Shown piece by piece: positions 37,744-47,962 of a stretch of DNA of 64,000 nt (its first letter is position 1; every line of letters begins with the position of its first letter). The translations under genes were made by a program, and so were the position numbers. The notes under the pieces are model-generated. The model had not been told where the DNA came from and ran no database searches. It saw only the letters and a program-made list of their open reading frames with translations. The DNA comes from a virus: IMG/VR virus record IMGVR_UViG_3300026274_000001. The stretch is one strand, 5' to 3'.

Positions 37744-37960
37744 TTTCCTGTGGTAGCTCTATGCGGATCCGTATAGAGCCGATAATTGCGAATGGATTCA
37801 CGTACTCAAAAAGAATGCGATATTCAATCGCATTCTCCTGTAACCACTGGTGAACTAATGGGAATTTATCCAATAGCCATGAATCACCAGGGTCACCTTT
37901 GTACGATCTATCCCAAAACGCGTCTTCATCTACGGTTGCTAGGATAAAGTTATTGCTCAT
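37709..37960 (-). CDS. FKLxW-family small protein (array B)
   Basis: QWLQEN...NEAVLFRLRW. Confidence 0.75.
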   Translation of the reverse strand: MSNNFILATVDEDAFWDRSYKGDPGDSWLLDKFPLVHQWLQENAIEYRILFEYVNPFAIIGSIRIRIELPQENEAVLFRLRWS

Positions 37961-39322
37961 TTACTTAATTTTCTTCAAGTCGTCTAATTCAGTCTTGTAG
38001 ATTTCACGCAAACGCGCAGGAGACTTCAAGATCGCTTTGTGTTCCTTGATATTACCTTGCAAGCGAGCAATGTTTTCCTTTGTAACACCAAGGAAGTCAG
38101 TAGCCCATTTGAAAGTTGGCAAACTCACAATCTTATCAATCTGTGATGCATCAAGACCAATCTTCGATGTCAACATATCAACATCACTTTCCACTTCAGC
38201 CTTGTTTGCTTTCTTGCTCAACCGTTCTGGTAGCTTACCATCAAAGCAAGCCTTGATACCTTGCCAATACTTGAGTTCGTAGCTGTCATCGTCCAACATC
38301 TTTGCATAACGGGTCGTGTACCACTTCAGACGCCATTCCACAAATTCTTTGACTAGCGTTTCTGCACTGGTGTATTGACGAATACTTGTGCCATTCCAAT
38401 CAATAACCACTATACGCTCAGTTGCACGTTGGCGCAACTTAAAGAATTCAATTACGTCCTGTTCCGTCCAGCCCTTCAACTCGCCACGCTTGAATGTGAT
38501 TCGAATATCAATAACTTTGGTACTGTCATCCACGAAAGTAACAATCTTATCCTCTTCTTCCATCTTGACTAGACGCTTACGGAAAGCTTCTAGGGCTAAG
38601 TTTGGAGGAAGTTCCGTAATCTTAACCAATGACGTGTTGACAATCTCAACCTTACCAGTAAACTCCCAGACATTTGGCTCGAGGTTCTTGACTGATACGT
38701 CCAAGTAATCGAAACTTGGTTCCAAACCCTTTGGTTCCTTACCATCAAGTGCTTGCTGTGTGGCTGCAACCAATTTCTTGAGGTTACGGGGTAGAATATC
38801 AGTAGACCAACCCACAGCAATACCACTAACGCCGTTCAACAGAACTAACGGGATGAGTGGCAGAAAGTGTTCTGGCTGTTTCGTTGAACCGTCATAGTTG
38901 TCCTTTACTGGGACAATATCCAAGTCCTTGTAAAGCAACATGTCACTTGACTTGTTCTTCTTTACATAGGTATAACGTGGGGCACCGATGCCTTCCACTG
39001 GAGCAACACGCGTACCAAATGCACCAATGCCATCAAGCAGTGTTACATTGTTGACGTATGGTGCAGCCAACATACTGATGGCCATTGCAGCTGAAGTGTC
39101 ACCAGCCAGATATAGACCACCGGAAATCATTTCACCAGCTAGTGAAATTGTCTTAATCTTTTCTGATTTATTTCTAATAGTCCAAAGTGCCTTTCTTTGA
39201 CTGTCTTTTAGACCGTCAGATACGTTTGGAATGGCGCGCTGTTCGCACACATAGATAGAATAATCTCTTGAAGTGTCTTTGATGTAGTCACTAGTGGTAG
39301 GGATTTTTATTTTAGTTGTCAT
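37961..39322 (-). CDS. type IIA DNA topoisomerase, breakage-reunion subunit (T4 gp52/GyrA/ParC-like)
   Basis: RAIPNVSDGLKDSQRK, GAPRY active-site Tyr, LLNGVSGIAVGW, ITELP. Confidence 0.93.
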   Translation of the reverse strand: MTTKIKIPTTSDYIKDTSRDYSIYVCEQRAIPNVSDGLKDSQRKALWTIRNKSEKIKTISLAGEMISGGLYLAGDTSAAMAISMLAAPYVNNVTLLDGIGAFGTRVAPVEGIGAPRYTYVKKNKSSDMLLYKDLDIVPVKDNYDGSTKQPEHFLPLIPLVLLNGVSGIAVGWSTDILPRNLKKLVAATQQALDGKEPKGLEPSFDYLDVSVKNLEPNVWEFTGKVEIVNTSLVKITELPPNLALEAFRKRLVKMEEEDKIVTFVDDSTKVIDIRITFKRGELKGWTEQDVIEFFKLRQRATERIVVIDWNGTSIRQYTSAETLVKEFVEWRLKWYTTRYAKMLDDDSYELKYWQGIKACFDGKLPERLSKKANKAEVESDVDMLTSKIGLDASQIDKIVSLPTFKWATDFLGVTKENIARLQGNIKEHKAILKSPARLREIYKTELDDLKKIK

Positions 39323-39350
39323 AATACCTATTATAATTGTTTTATTTTGG

Positions 39351-39731
39351 TTAACAGTACTTTAATTTGAACATTATTGCGTCTTCTACATTCTGAAATG
39401 ACCAATAGCGATTCAATAAATTACCTTGAATCTTGGTTGCGATATGACCTGGAAAATTGGCATTCATCCAATAACCAGAACAATGTTCAGCACACCAAGC
39501 GCTGAACTCTCTAGTCATATTTCCCAGCTCTAACAGATTGTTATTCTTAATTCCTCGATTGGACACATCTATAATACAAAGATGCGGACAGACCTCGAAA
39601 AAGGCTTTACATATCGTCTCATAACCTAAAGTGGCATAAAGCTTATTATCAACCGCGTAACGAGAAGATAGACGAAATTTCAGATACTTGTCTTCAAACA
39701 GACTGGCATCAAATGTTACGATGTTGCTCAT
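39351..39731 (-). CDS. FKLxW-family small protein
   Basis: AWCAEHC...WSFQNVEDAIMFKLKY. Confidence 0.75.
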   Translation of the reverse strand: MSNIVTFDASLFEDKYLKFRLSSRYAVDNKLYATLGYETICKAFFEVCPHLCIIDVSNRGIKNNNLLELGNMTREFSAWCAEHCSGYWMNANFPGHIATKIQGNLLNRYWSFQNVEDAIMFKLKYC

Positions 39732-40117
39732 AATGAGATTATTGGTGGTAACTTGTCATATGTAAGTGCGGTTAAAACGGCATCAATGTCATTATCGCAA
39801 TGTACGATAATTGATATTTGATTCTTTGCTGGAGTCATGGGTACAGAAACTACAGTTACCCAAGCTGGTTCTTGCAATGAGCGCTTAACCCATAGATTGA
39901 TGTCATGTACGGCGGCAACTAATTCCAATACGATGTCACCAATACGACTCATTGAAGTTGACCAATATGAAACACCATAACGTGCCACGGTAAAAGCGTG
40001 TTTACCGGTGCGTTCTGGCGTTCCAGTGTTAATGTCAACCAAACAATTACTGATCATTACGTCGTAAAGCATATCTAAGTCCATGTTTACACCCAATCTG
40101 TTAAGAGGAGTTGTCAC
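39728..40117 (-). CDS. hypothetical protein, probable divergent FKLxW-family member
   Basis: LWV...VHCDNDIDAVLTALTY. Confidence 0.6.
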   Translation of the reverse strand: MTTPLNRLGVNMDLDMLYDVMISNCLVDINTGTPERTGKHAFTVARYGVSYWSTSMSRIGDIVLELVAAVHDINLWVKRSLQEPAWVTVVSVPMTPAKNQISIIVHCDNDIDAVLTALTYDKLPPIISL

Positions 40118-40167
40118 TCCTCTTACTTACACAGCCAAATTCTGGAATATCTGGTGACGATCTTCAA

Positions 40168-40653
40168 TCAGAGTTCATATACTTTGTGACTATTCGATTG
40201 CATACCATTTAGCTTCATATACATGCCAATCATATCCAAATCATCCTGTGTATCAACATGAATTGAGAGAGTTAATTCGTAAGGAGTAACTTGTGTTTTC
40301 TGATCAATCTCAAAAAACAAATGGAATTTACCCATTACGTTCCCTTCTGCTATTTCCCATATTGGCATACAATCTTGCAGCAATTCAATATCCACAGCGT
40401 CATAGTCAATGTCGCCATAGGGATTGTTTATGTTAAACGCTGACATCGAATCCACCGATGCAGTTAAGAACACAAGCGAAAATTTACGAACTACCGTGAA
40501 TGTTGTGAACTTGTGCAATCTAGGGAATGGATGTTTACCCTGTTGCACCAGCTTTCGATTTTGTTCTTGTGATTGAATAGTCAGATAATACTTTTCTGCC
40601 GCACTTTTACGCCATTGTTCTTCGAAAAATGCGTCTTGCGCCGCTCTATCCAT
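40168..40653 (-). CDS. hypothetical protein, possible divergent FKLxW-family member
   Basis: IHVDTQDDLDMIGMYMKL. Confidence 0.6.
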   Translation of the reverse strand: MDRAAQDAFFEEQWRKSAAEKYYLTIQSQEQNRKLVQQGKHPFPRLHKFTTFTVVRKFSLVFLTASVDSMSAFNINNPYGDIDYDAVDIELLQDCMPIWEIAEGNVMGKFHLFFEIDQKTQVTPYELTLSIHVDTQDDLDMIGMYMKLNGMQSNSHKVYEL

Positions 40654-40654
40654 C

Positions 40655-42535
40655 TTACAATCCGATCCAAGCTTTACGATCATCTGATCTCTTGGAATTA
40701 AAAATCAAATCCAATGTTTCTTTCATATCGCCGTTTTCATCAGTCAACGCCATAAGCTTTGGTTCAGCAAGAGAATATGACCAGTCATCTTCAGTCAATG
40801 TTCCCAATCCCTTAGCTCGGGTAATACCCCAGCCCTTGTATTGCTCTGAATCGAAATCCAAGTGGTTATCACTGTACCAATACTTTCTAGTCTTACCCTT
40901 TTCAGCAATAATAAACGGAGTCATAAAAATATGAACTACCGGTTCCTGCTTGGGGTCGTACAATTCTGGCCAGTACGTGAAGAAAAAGTTATTCAATAAC
41001 GCACCAATATTCAGACCGTCTGGATCCATGTCATGAGCGATATAAATCTTACCAAAGCGCAGATTTTCACGCTTTGCTTTCTGACCTGGAATCAGACCAA
41101 CCGCATTCATGATATCCTTCAATGCGCCATCTTCCAGAACGTCCTTGATTGCTGCTCCATGAACATTCATAACTTTACCCTTCAATCCCAAGCCCCCGTG
41201 GATCTTTGGATCGCGTACCGATGCCATACCACTGATAGCTGACAATCCTTCGGCCAGGAACAAGATGCACTTTGTACGATCGGTACCGCTTGCATCCATC
41301 AGACCAGCTACCTTGCTGCGCAGAACTTGCTTAACTAGCTTATTGGTATCAGCCGCATCTTTCTTCATCGTGCGTTCAGCACAGCGAGCATAGATTGCGT
41401 CTATCCAATCGCCATACTTCTTGATAATGTTCTTGAAGAAGTCAGGATCCTCTAATGCTTTACGCACGTGAGTGGAAGTTTCTTCGTTATTCAGTCGAGT
41501 CTTGGCTTGAGAGTTAAAGTTTGGCGCATCCATGGTTGTGATGTTATACATCAAGAGACCATCGGCTAAGTCACTTCGGTTTGGTTGCAACTTACGCTTC
41601 TTGCTTTCACGCTCTAAGGCAGATAACAACCCGGAGAAGAAGTAACGCTTGAAAGTGTCCATGTGGACACCACCGTCAAATGCTGGAATGGAGTTGACTA
41701 GTGAATGTTGATGCTCACCATCTTCAAAGAAATGTGGGATCAACCAAAAGTCACTAGTGAAAGAACCTTCCTGTACACCAATATGAATTGGCTTAAAGCC
41801 TGGGAACAAATTCTTTTCAAGACCTGGCTTAACTTTAACCTTAGTGCCGTTATAGTAAATGCTGATTTTTGGATTACACAGAGCGGCTTCGTAGATACGA
41901 GCTTGCAAGAATTCTTCAGGCAATGTCATATCTGGGAATACTTTTGATGACAGTTTAAATGTCACCATAGTGCCTGTTGCTTTGGCAGTATTCTTTTTCT
42001 TGATTACTGGGGCCTCGACGATTAGATCTGAATCTAATTCGGCACCTTCAGTAAATTCTTGACGGAAATGTTGATTATCGCGTTCTACATCTAGATGAAA
42101 CCACTCTGAACAGAAGTTCACCACAGACGCACCAATGCCGTTTGTGCCTCGAAGCTGTCCACGTTCACCGAAGTTACGACCAGCCCTGGCATGGCTCAAT
42201 GCCAGCGTCGCAGCATGTACGCCGTGCTCTTCGTTAAAGTCGATTGGAATACCACGACCATTATCAGCAACGCTGAAGATCATAGTGGTTGGATCATATG
42301 TGATATCAATTCGATCGCCATGACCATGACCTGCAACTTCGTCAAGCGAATTATCTAAGATTTCACGGAATGCAACGAATACTGACGGAATCCACGTTTG
42401 TTCGGTGGCGTAGGGTGCACCATTTTCATACTGTAGAACTATTTGTGTATGAGGATCACGAGAACCCAAATACATCTCAGTTCGAACCCGTGCGTGTCCT
42501 GCTTCTGTTAGCTTAACAATTGTGTCGTTTGCCAT
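40655..42535 (-). CDS. type IIA DNA topoisomerase, ATPase/TOPRIM subunit (T4 gp39+gp60/GyrB/ParE-like)
   Basis: EILDNSLDE, DNGRGIP, GTNGIG, AEGLSA, LKGK, DMDPDG, KGLG. Confidence 0.93.
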   Translation of the reverse strand: MANDTIVKLTEAGHARVRTEMYLGSRDPHTQIVLQYENGAPYATEQTWIPSVFVAFREILDNSLDEVAGHGHGDRIDITYDPTTMIFSVADNGRGIPIDFNEEHGVHAATLALSHARAGRNFGERGQLRGTNGIGASVVNFCSEWFHLDVERDNQHFRQEFTEGAELDSDLIVEAPVIKKKNTAKATGTMVTFKLSSKVFPDMTLPEEFLQARIYEAALCNPKISIYYNGTKVKVKPGLEKNLFPGFKPIHIGVQEGSFTSDFWLIPHFFEDGEHQHSLVNSIPAFDGGVHMDTFKRYFFSGLLSALERESKKRKLQPNRSDLADGLLMYNITTMDAPNFNSQAKTRLNNEETSTHVRKALEDPDFFKNIIKKYGDWIDAIYARCAERTMKKDAADTNKLVKQVLRSKVAGLMDASGTDRTKCILFLAEGLSAISGMASVRDPKIHGGLGLKGKVMNVHGAAIKDVLEDGALKDIMNAVGLIPGQKAKRENLRFGKIYIAHDMDPDGLNIGALLNNFFFTYWPELYDPKQEPVVHIFMTPFIIAEKGKTRKYWYSDNHLDFDSEQYKGWGITRAKGLGTLTEDDWSYSLAEPKLMALTDENGDMKETLDLIFNSKRSDDRKAWIGL

Positions 42536-42672
42536 ATTTGCTCTCAATTAAAGGTTGTATTTGTAACATTGATTAGTTAAAGGTGTCAAAATGCCATTTA
42601 GGCATGGCTAATATTACTTTTCACCATTCCATTTATACCGCGGCATAATATTATTTACTTTGGCGCTTTAGT

Positions 42673-42680
42673 CATAAATA
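42673..42680 (+). promoter_or_regulatory. T4-like late promoter
   Basis: CATAAATA 27 nt before a gene with AGGAG RBS. Confidence 0.55.
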
Positions 42681-42706
42681 ATCTGATTACGGATTAGGAG
42701 TCCTAT

Positions 42707-43264
42707 ATGCAAACAATTTACAATGTATCAATTGCGGCCTTTACTGGTATGTCAACTCAGGCTACGCTGGGATTTGTTGACAACACTACGGTTGCACAAT
42801 ATTTGGCATTAAGTCCTGCCCCAACCAATTTTACTCTGGGACAATCAGAAGCTAAAACGCAAGGCAACTGGCGCTGGAAATATATTCTGCAATCGCTAGC
42901 TCTAATGGCAAACCCATATGTGATGAATATGATCGCTACTGGTGGTGCAGCGAACACAGATCCAACGAACTTTAGTTTTGACGTTTATTTCGAACGCGAT
43001 TCAGCTGTTACTACGGTTGACAATAATGGCAATATTTTGGTTGGTGCCCCAGCGGTGCAATTTGTGGTGGCTAGCGCATTATCTGTTACGCAATCACCAG
43101 TCCTTGAATATTATGACCCAACATTGTCAACTACCGTACAAGATGACTTAACTACTGGCCCTTGGGATTATGATGATCAACGTGTTGGTACCTTGGTTAT
43201 CGGTGCCCTTGCTGCCAATGCTGCTGCGGCATTGTCAAATATTACAGTTACTGTGATCGCGTGA
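42707..43264 (+). CDS. hypothetical protein, probably virion-associated
   Basis: Late-type promoter; Thr/Ala/Asn-rich. Confidence 0.7.
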   Translation: MQTIYNVSIAAFTGMSTQATLGFVDNTTVAQYLALSPAPTNFTLGQSEAKTQGNWRWKYILQSLALMANPYVMNMIATGGAANTDPTNFSFDVYFERDSAVTTVDNNGNILVGAPAVQFVVASALSVTQSPVLEYYDPTLSTTVQDDLTTGPWDYDDQRVGTLVIGALAANAAAALSNITVTVIA

Positions 43265-43428
43265 AGACCTTTCATACACTCACGAAGATTTACGAAGTCG
43301 CAAAAGAATTATTCGAACGCGGCATCATTGATCGAGACAAATTACGTGAGTTTTATGAATTGGTTTATCTAAATCAACTTAACGTCGTCCGCGAAGCTTA
43401 TAAGGCCAAGCGTGACGCACGTAAGTAA
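43261..43428 (+). CDS. small protein resembling the N-terminus of HigA/YiaG-type antitoxins
   Basis: GTGA overlap; IYEVAKELFERGIIDRDKLREFYEL; below ORF-track cutoff. Confidence 0.5.
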   Translation: MKTFHTLTKIYEVAKELFERGIIDRDKLREFYELVYLNQLNVVREAYKAKRDARK

Positions 43429-43518
43429 CCAAATTGCCAGTTTCAGCTACGATAAATATTTTATGCTGGTGCACACACTCGCTTTATACTCTATCTAAAC
43501 TAAAACAAGAACAAAATA

Positions 43519-44967
43519 ATGAAACTCTTTTCTGGCATAATTACAATACTTTTTGCATTACTCATATCGGCAACTGCCGCATGGTTTTCCGTAGCTGGTC
43601 TTATTGCTTTGTTTGCAGCGACCGCTATTCCGGTTATGATCATGGGTACCGTTCTCGAGACTAGTAAGCTCGTAGCCGCAGGCTGGCTACACGCTAATTG
43701 GAAAAACCGTAATGTCAATTTTCTACACAAGTCATATCTAACATTGGCCGTACTTGCTTTGATGTTAATTACATCTATTGGTATATATGGCTTTCTGTCA
43801 AAGGGTCACTTGGAACAATCTGCTCCAGTTGCTGGTATTGAACTACAAGTCAATGCAAAGCAACAACAGATACAAATGTTGACCGATACAAATGCACGAT
43901 TGACTACTGAGCTTAAACAGCTTGATGCAAGCGTTGATTTGTTCCTTCAAAGTGGCAAAGCTACCGCTGGGCTTCGTGCCCGTAAAACCCAAACATCAGA
44001 ACGTGCTGACATTCAGAAACAGATGAATGACAACAATGATCAGATCTCAAAACTGAGTGCCGATATACTGCCACTCAAGCAACAGACTGCAGAAGTCGAA
44101 GCTAAGTTGGGTCCAGTCAAGTACGTTGCACAGTTGTTTGGATGGCAGGATACCGACAAGGCAGTCCGTTTGGTTATTATGGTCATTATGTTCGCATTTG
44201 ACCCATTAGCCGTTATTTTACTTTTGAGTGCCACAATTTCTTTTGCTGAATATGTAGAAGAGAAAGCGGCAAAGAGAGAAAAAATGGCCAAGGAGCCCTT
44301 GCCATCAAACGAAGACATGCGAGTGGTATCACCAAGTATGGCGTATTCATCAGAATATCGATTGTCAAAAGGTCAACTTATTGATCCAGTCCTTAACAGT
44401 AACAGTGTTACTGTAACAGAACCTGGTTTTGATATTACTGGCAATCAAGCAATCACACCTGATCCGAGTTCTCAGGATGAGGTGGCAACAAACGAAAACA
44501 ATGTTGAAGTAAAGAACGCAAGTGAAAATACTATAACATCAATTCGTCACGACCTAGAAGATTTACAAGGTCGTATTGAACCCACTTTCGGTACTCCTAC
44601 AACAGTAGTTGATACCGAAGAGCCAGTCTTCCAACAAGAAGAACCAGCGCAAATTCACGAAGATAAGCTCGCGGAATTGCGTGCGACTGACCAAATGTCT
44701 CCAGAAGTTGGAACTATTGACGAGGTTGCCCCAGAGACTGCGCCAGAAGCTCACCAAGAGCCCACTGTCGTATTCACTACTCCTGTTGTTGAACTGGCAC
44801 CTAATGATAAGGAACGTCTTATCGAGATCCTCGAGAAACGTCCTGAAATTCTCCAAGACTTAATTGACGTGATTAGTTCACATCGTCAACAAGAAGAAAC
44901 AACGGTTGCGAAAGCTCCAGTTGTTAATGCTCCAGTGGTTAATCAGCCAAAGCCTTGGATTAGCTAA
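43519..44967 (+). CDS. membrane protein with coiled coil and acidic tail
   Basis: Three N-terminal TMs, coiled coil, fourth TM with FDPLA, Glu/Pro-rich tail. Confidence 0.8.
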   Translation: MKLFSGIITILFALLISATAAWFSVAGLIALFAATAIPVMIMGTVLETSKLVAAGWLHANWKNRNVNFLHKSYLTLAVLALMLITSIGIYGFLSKGHLEQSAPVAGIELQVNAKQQQIQMLTDTNARLTTELKQLDASVDLFLQSGKATAGLRARKTQTSERADIQKQMNDNNDQISKLSADILPLKQQTAEVEAKLGPVKYVAQLFGWQDTDKAVRLVIMVIMFAFDPLAVILLLSATISFAEYVEEKAAKREKMAKEPLPSNEDMRVVSPSMAYSSEYRLSKGQLIDPVLNSNSVTVTEPGFDITGNQAITPDPSSQDEVATNENNVEVKNASENTITSIRHDLEDLQGRIEPTFGTPTTVVDTEEPVFQQEEPAQIHEDKLAELRATDQMSPEVGTIDEVAPETAPEAHQEPTVVFTTPVVELAPNDKERLIEILEKRPEILQDLIDVISSHRQQEETTVAKAPVVNAPVVNQPKPWIS

Positions 44968-45015
44968 TCGTTAGGACTACATAAATACCTTTACAGGACT
45001 TTTAAGGGAATTTTG

Positions 45016-46278
45016 ATGTCAGACGTCGACCAAAATCTACATTGCTCTTTTTGTAAAAAAGGAGCCCAAGAAGTAAAGAAGCTTATCGCTGGCCCAGAGT
45101 CAGTTCACATTTGTGACGAATGCGTATCATTGTGCTACAGTATTCTTAATGATACAGAACAGGCCTCATCTAAGCCAGCAGAAACGAAAACAGATTTGGG
45201 CGATATTCCAAGTCCGGCAAAAATCAAAGGGTTCCTTGACCAATATGTTATTGGTCAAGATTACGCTAAGATGGTTATTTCAGTTGCCGTTCATAATCAT
45301 TATATGCGTCTCCAAAACCCCATCATTGATGAGGTTGAAATCGAGAAGAGTAATATCCTGGTGCTTGGTCCGACCGGGTCAGGTAAGACATTACTTGCGC
45401 AGTCAATTGCTCGTTGTTTGAGCGTTCCGTTTGCTATCGCGGACTCAACTGGCCTCACAGAAGCTGGTTATGTTGGTGATGACGTGGAAAGTATTGTCAG
45501 TCGTTTGTTACAGAACGCTGGTGGTGATGTGAAGAAAGCTGAACAGGGTATCATTTACCTTGACGAAATCGACAAGAAGAGCAAGAAGGATTCAGCTTCT
45601 GGCTCACGTGACGTTTCCGGCGAAGGGGTACAGCAAGCACTGCTGAAGATTATTGAAGGTTCTGATATTATGGTATCGGCGGGTGGCAAGAAAGGGCCAA
45701 ATGCTGAACAAGTTAAAATCAATACTAGAAATATTTTGTTTATCGTTGGTGGTGCATTCGTGGGTGTTGAGAAGGTAGTTGAGAAAGCTTTGAACAAAAA
45801 CAAGGGTCTTGGATTTGGTGCAAACTTGAACGACCAGAAGATTGACATAAATGATTTACTGCGTAAAGTTGAACCATCACATTTGATGAACTACGGTATA
45901 ATTCCTGAACTTATTGGCCGTTTGCCAGTTATTGCTCCTTTGCAAGAATTGTCAACAGATCAAATGGTTCGTGTATTGACTGAACCCAAAAATGCAATTG
46001 TCAAACAATTTGCAAAAATGTTTAAACTTGAAGGCGTCGAACTTGAAATCACACCAGAGGCCCTGGCTGAGATATCAGAAATCGCAATCAAGCGCAAGAC
46101 TGGTGCTCGTGGATTACGTTCCATCCTCGAAAATAACCTGATTGCAACACAATTTAAGTTGCCAGATCTAGTTGCTGCGGGCGCGACTAAAATTCTAGTA
46201 ACTCTTGAAACAATCCGTGAAGGGAAAGAGCCGCAAATCCTTTATGGCAATGATAACAAATCAATTGCGACTCAATAA
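45016..46278 (+). CDS. clpX: ATP-dependent Clp protease ATP-binding subunit ClpX
   Basis: CSFC...C-x-x-C zinc domain, GPTGSGKT, TEAGYVG, DEIDK, RDVSGEGVQQALLK, LGF loop, TGARGLR. Confidence 0.95.
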   Translation: MSDVDQNLHCSFCKKGAQEVKKLIAGPESVHICDECVSLCYSILNDTEQASSKPAETKTDLGDIPSPAKIKGFLDQYVIGQDYAKMVISVAVHNHYMRLQNPIIDEVEIEKSNILVLGPTGSGKTLLAQSIARCLSVPFAIADSTGLTEAGYVGDDVESIVSRLLQNAGGDVKKAEQGIIYLDEIDKKSKKDSASGSRDVSGEGVQQALLKIIEGSDIMVSAGGKKGPNAEQVKINTRNILFIVGGAFVGVEKVVEKALNKNKGLGFGANLNDQKIDINDLLRKVEPSHLMNYGIIPELIGRLPVIAPLQELSTDQMVRVLTEPKNAIVKQFAKMFKLEGVELEITPEALAEISEIAIKRKTGARGLRSILENNLIATQFKLPDLVAAGATKILVTLETIREGKEPQILYGNDNKSIATQ

Positions 46279-46288
46279 CGAGGAAATA

Positions 46289-46825
46289 GTGACACCAAAA
46301 TTGGAAATGAACGAGCGAATCACAAGTCAAAAGGTTCGCTTGATTGACGCACAAGGCGTTCAAAAGGGCGTAGTCAGCATTCGAGACGCCCTGTATCAAG
46401 CACGACAAGCTAATCTGGATCTGGTGAAGATTGCAGAAGCAAACCCGCCCGTTTGTAAGATTGTCGACGCTGGTAAATACGTCTATGAGCAAGACAAGGC
46501 AAAGAAAGAACTTGCGAAGAAGCAGCGTGCAAATGCTGTGGAACTCAAAGAGGTTCAGTTGCGTCCAACCACCGACCTGAATGACATCAAAATCAAGGCA
46601 CGTAAAGCACGTGAATTTTTGGAAGATGGCGATAAGGTGAAAGTTGTCATGCGTTTCCGTGGTCGAGAAATCACCCACAAAGAAGTTGGCCAAGCAGTCA
46701 TCAACCAATTCATCAAAGAACTTGGTGAAGTGCGTATGGAGCAGCCTGTCACCCAGCAGGGCAACCAAATTACGGCGCTAATCGCCCCGGCAAAGAAAGA
46801 AGCCAAACAGGAAAAGGCAGCTTAA
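46289..46825 (+). CDS. infC: translation initiation factor IF-3
   Basis: NERI...VRLID, LDLVKI, PPVCKI, KEVQL, FLEDGDKVKV-x-MRFRGRE; start inferred from GAGG RBS. Confidence 0.93.
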   Translation: MTPKLEMNERITSQKVRLIDAQGVQKGVVSIRDALYQARQANLDLVKIAEANPPVCKIVDAGKYVYEQDKAKKELAKKQRANAVELKEVQLRPTTDLNDIKIKARKAREFLEDGDKVKVVMRFRGREITHKEVGQAVINQFIKELGEVRMEQPVTQQGNQITALIAPAKKEAKQEKAA

Positions 46826-46961
46826 CCAACTTTTAGCTGTACAAACAACCTGGAATTGCTTACCGTTAACTCTGTAGGTATTTCCAGGTTGTTTTCATTT
46901 GTGGCTTTACTTCTAGACTAGATGAACATATCATCTAGTATCATTGCATAGGGAGTGAGTT

Positions 46962-47330
46962 ATGGTTGTTAAAATGATCATTAAGGAAATCGAGAAACGC
47001 GACGTGCTGGAACTAGCACCTGATGAACTATCTGACGCGTTCGCTAACCGTTATGTGAATGATTTGTATAACGGTCGACATCTGAGAATCACATGTGAGG
47101 AAGCTGTCGATACCTTCATCTATGTTTCCGAAACCGCCCACCCGAAAAGCAGAAATTCAATCTCCGACGACCACCGTCTGAAACTCATTTACGATCTCGA
47201 GAGCAACCTCAAATCTGGGCTGCTCAGCAACGGAATCGAAGGAGCAAGCAATTCAATCTATCATACAATTTCAATGGTCGCTCGCGCGGTCTTGTCAACC
47301 GAACGCAAATTGAAGGTAGTTAGGCGCTGA
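46962..47330 (+). CDS. hypothetical protein
   Basis: GGGAG RBS. Confidence 0.65.
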   Translation: MVVKMIIKEIEKRDVLELAPDELSDAFANRYVNDLYNGRHLRITCEEAVDTFIYVSETAHPKSRNSISDDHRLKLIYDLESNLKSGLLSNGIEGASNSIYHTISMVARAVLSTERKLKVVRR

Positions 47331-47332
47331 AT

Positions 47333-47713
47333 ATGACCATCCCGTTCACCCACAAAGCTTTCGAGGATCTCCTTATGGAAGATTCCGAACGAGGTATGAA
47401 GGCCGTGGGTAGAGCATTGATAGCGCTGACCGAACTGCAAACTGAATACGAACGACGAACCAATCAATCGGTTAATCACAACCATAAAGGGTTCAATGCA
47501 GTTGACGCTAGGATAGGGATGGACAATGCAGATCACTTCAGACGCTTTGGTTTCCTGCAACCCGTGCAACTTCGGTACTGGCGAAAACAAGATAAATTCG
47601 GAAATGTAAGAATTTGTAAATACATTGAACAGCTCATAATAATCGCAAAAAGAAAAGCTGGCTATGTGGAAAAGCAGGAACCACAGGCTGTTCAATTGAG
47701 CTTACCGTTGTAA
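47333..47713 (+). CDS. conserved phage hypothetical protein
   Basis: QTEYE...N-x-KGFNAVDA motif. Confidence 0.7.
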   Translation: MTIPFTHKAFEDLLMEDSERGMKAVGRALIALTELQTEYERRTNQSVNHNHKGFNAVDARIGMDNADHFRRFGFLQPVQLRYWRKQDKFGNVRICKYIEQLIIIAKRKAGYVEKQEPQAVQLSLPL

Positions 47714-47737
47714 CCAGACATACTACCGGGGACTATA

Positions 47738-47938
47738 ATGACAACAGTACAGAAAAGCCTTGACTCAAGTGAAGATTCATCTTACATTGACTACATGGCA
47801 GCAGAAATTTACGGTGATGCAAGCTTGTTAGGAAGAGCAGACATCATCTACAGTAACGGACATGCAACAGAACAGCTTGATATGCGCGAACGTGTTGATA
47901 TTTTTGCAACACCACACGACAATCTCAAGAATCTTTAA
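47738..47938 (+). CDS. hypothetical protein
   Basis: Short ORF with GGGA RBS. Confidence 0.5.
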   Translation: MTTVQKSLDSSEDSSYIDYMAAEIYGDASLLGRADIIYSNGHATEQLDMRERVDIFATPHDNLKNL

Positions 47939-47962
47939 TTCCGAAAGGAGCAGCAAACGGAG

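Noticed and set aside
46187..46768. 193-aa minus-strand ORF (also 47828-48460 and 34478-35020)
   Set aside because: Antisense shadows of infC and other better-supported plus-strand genes.
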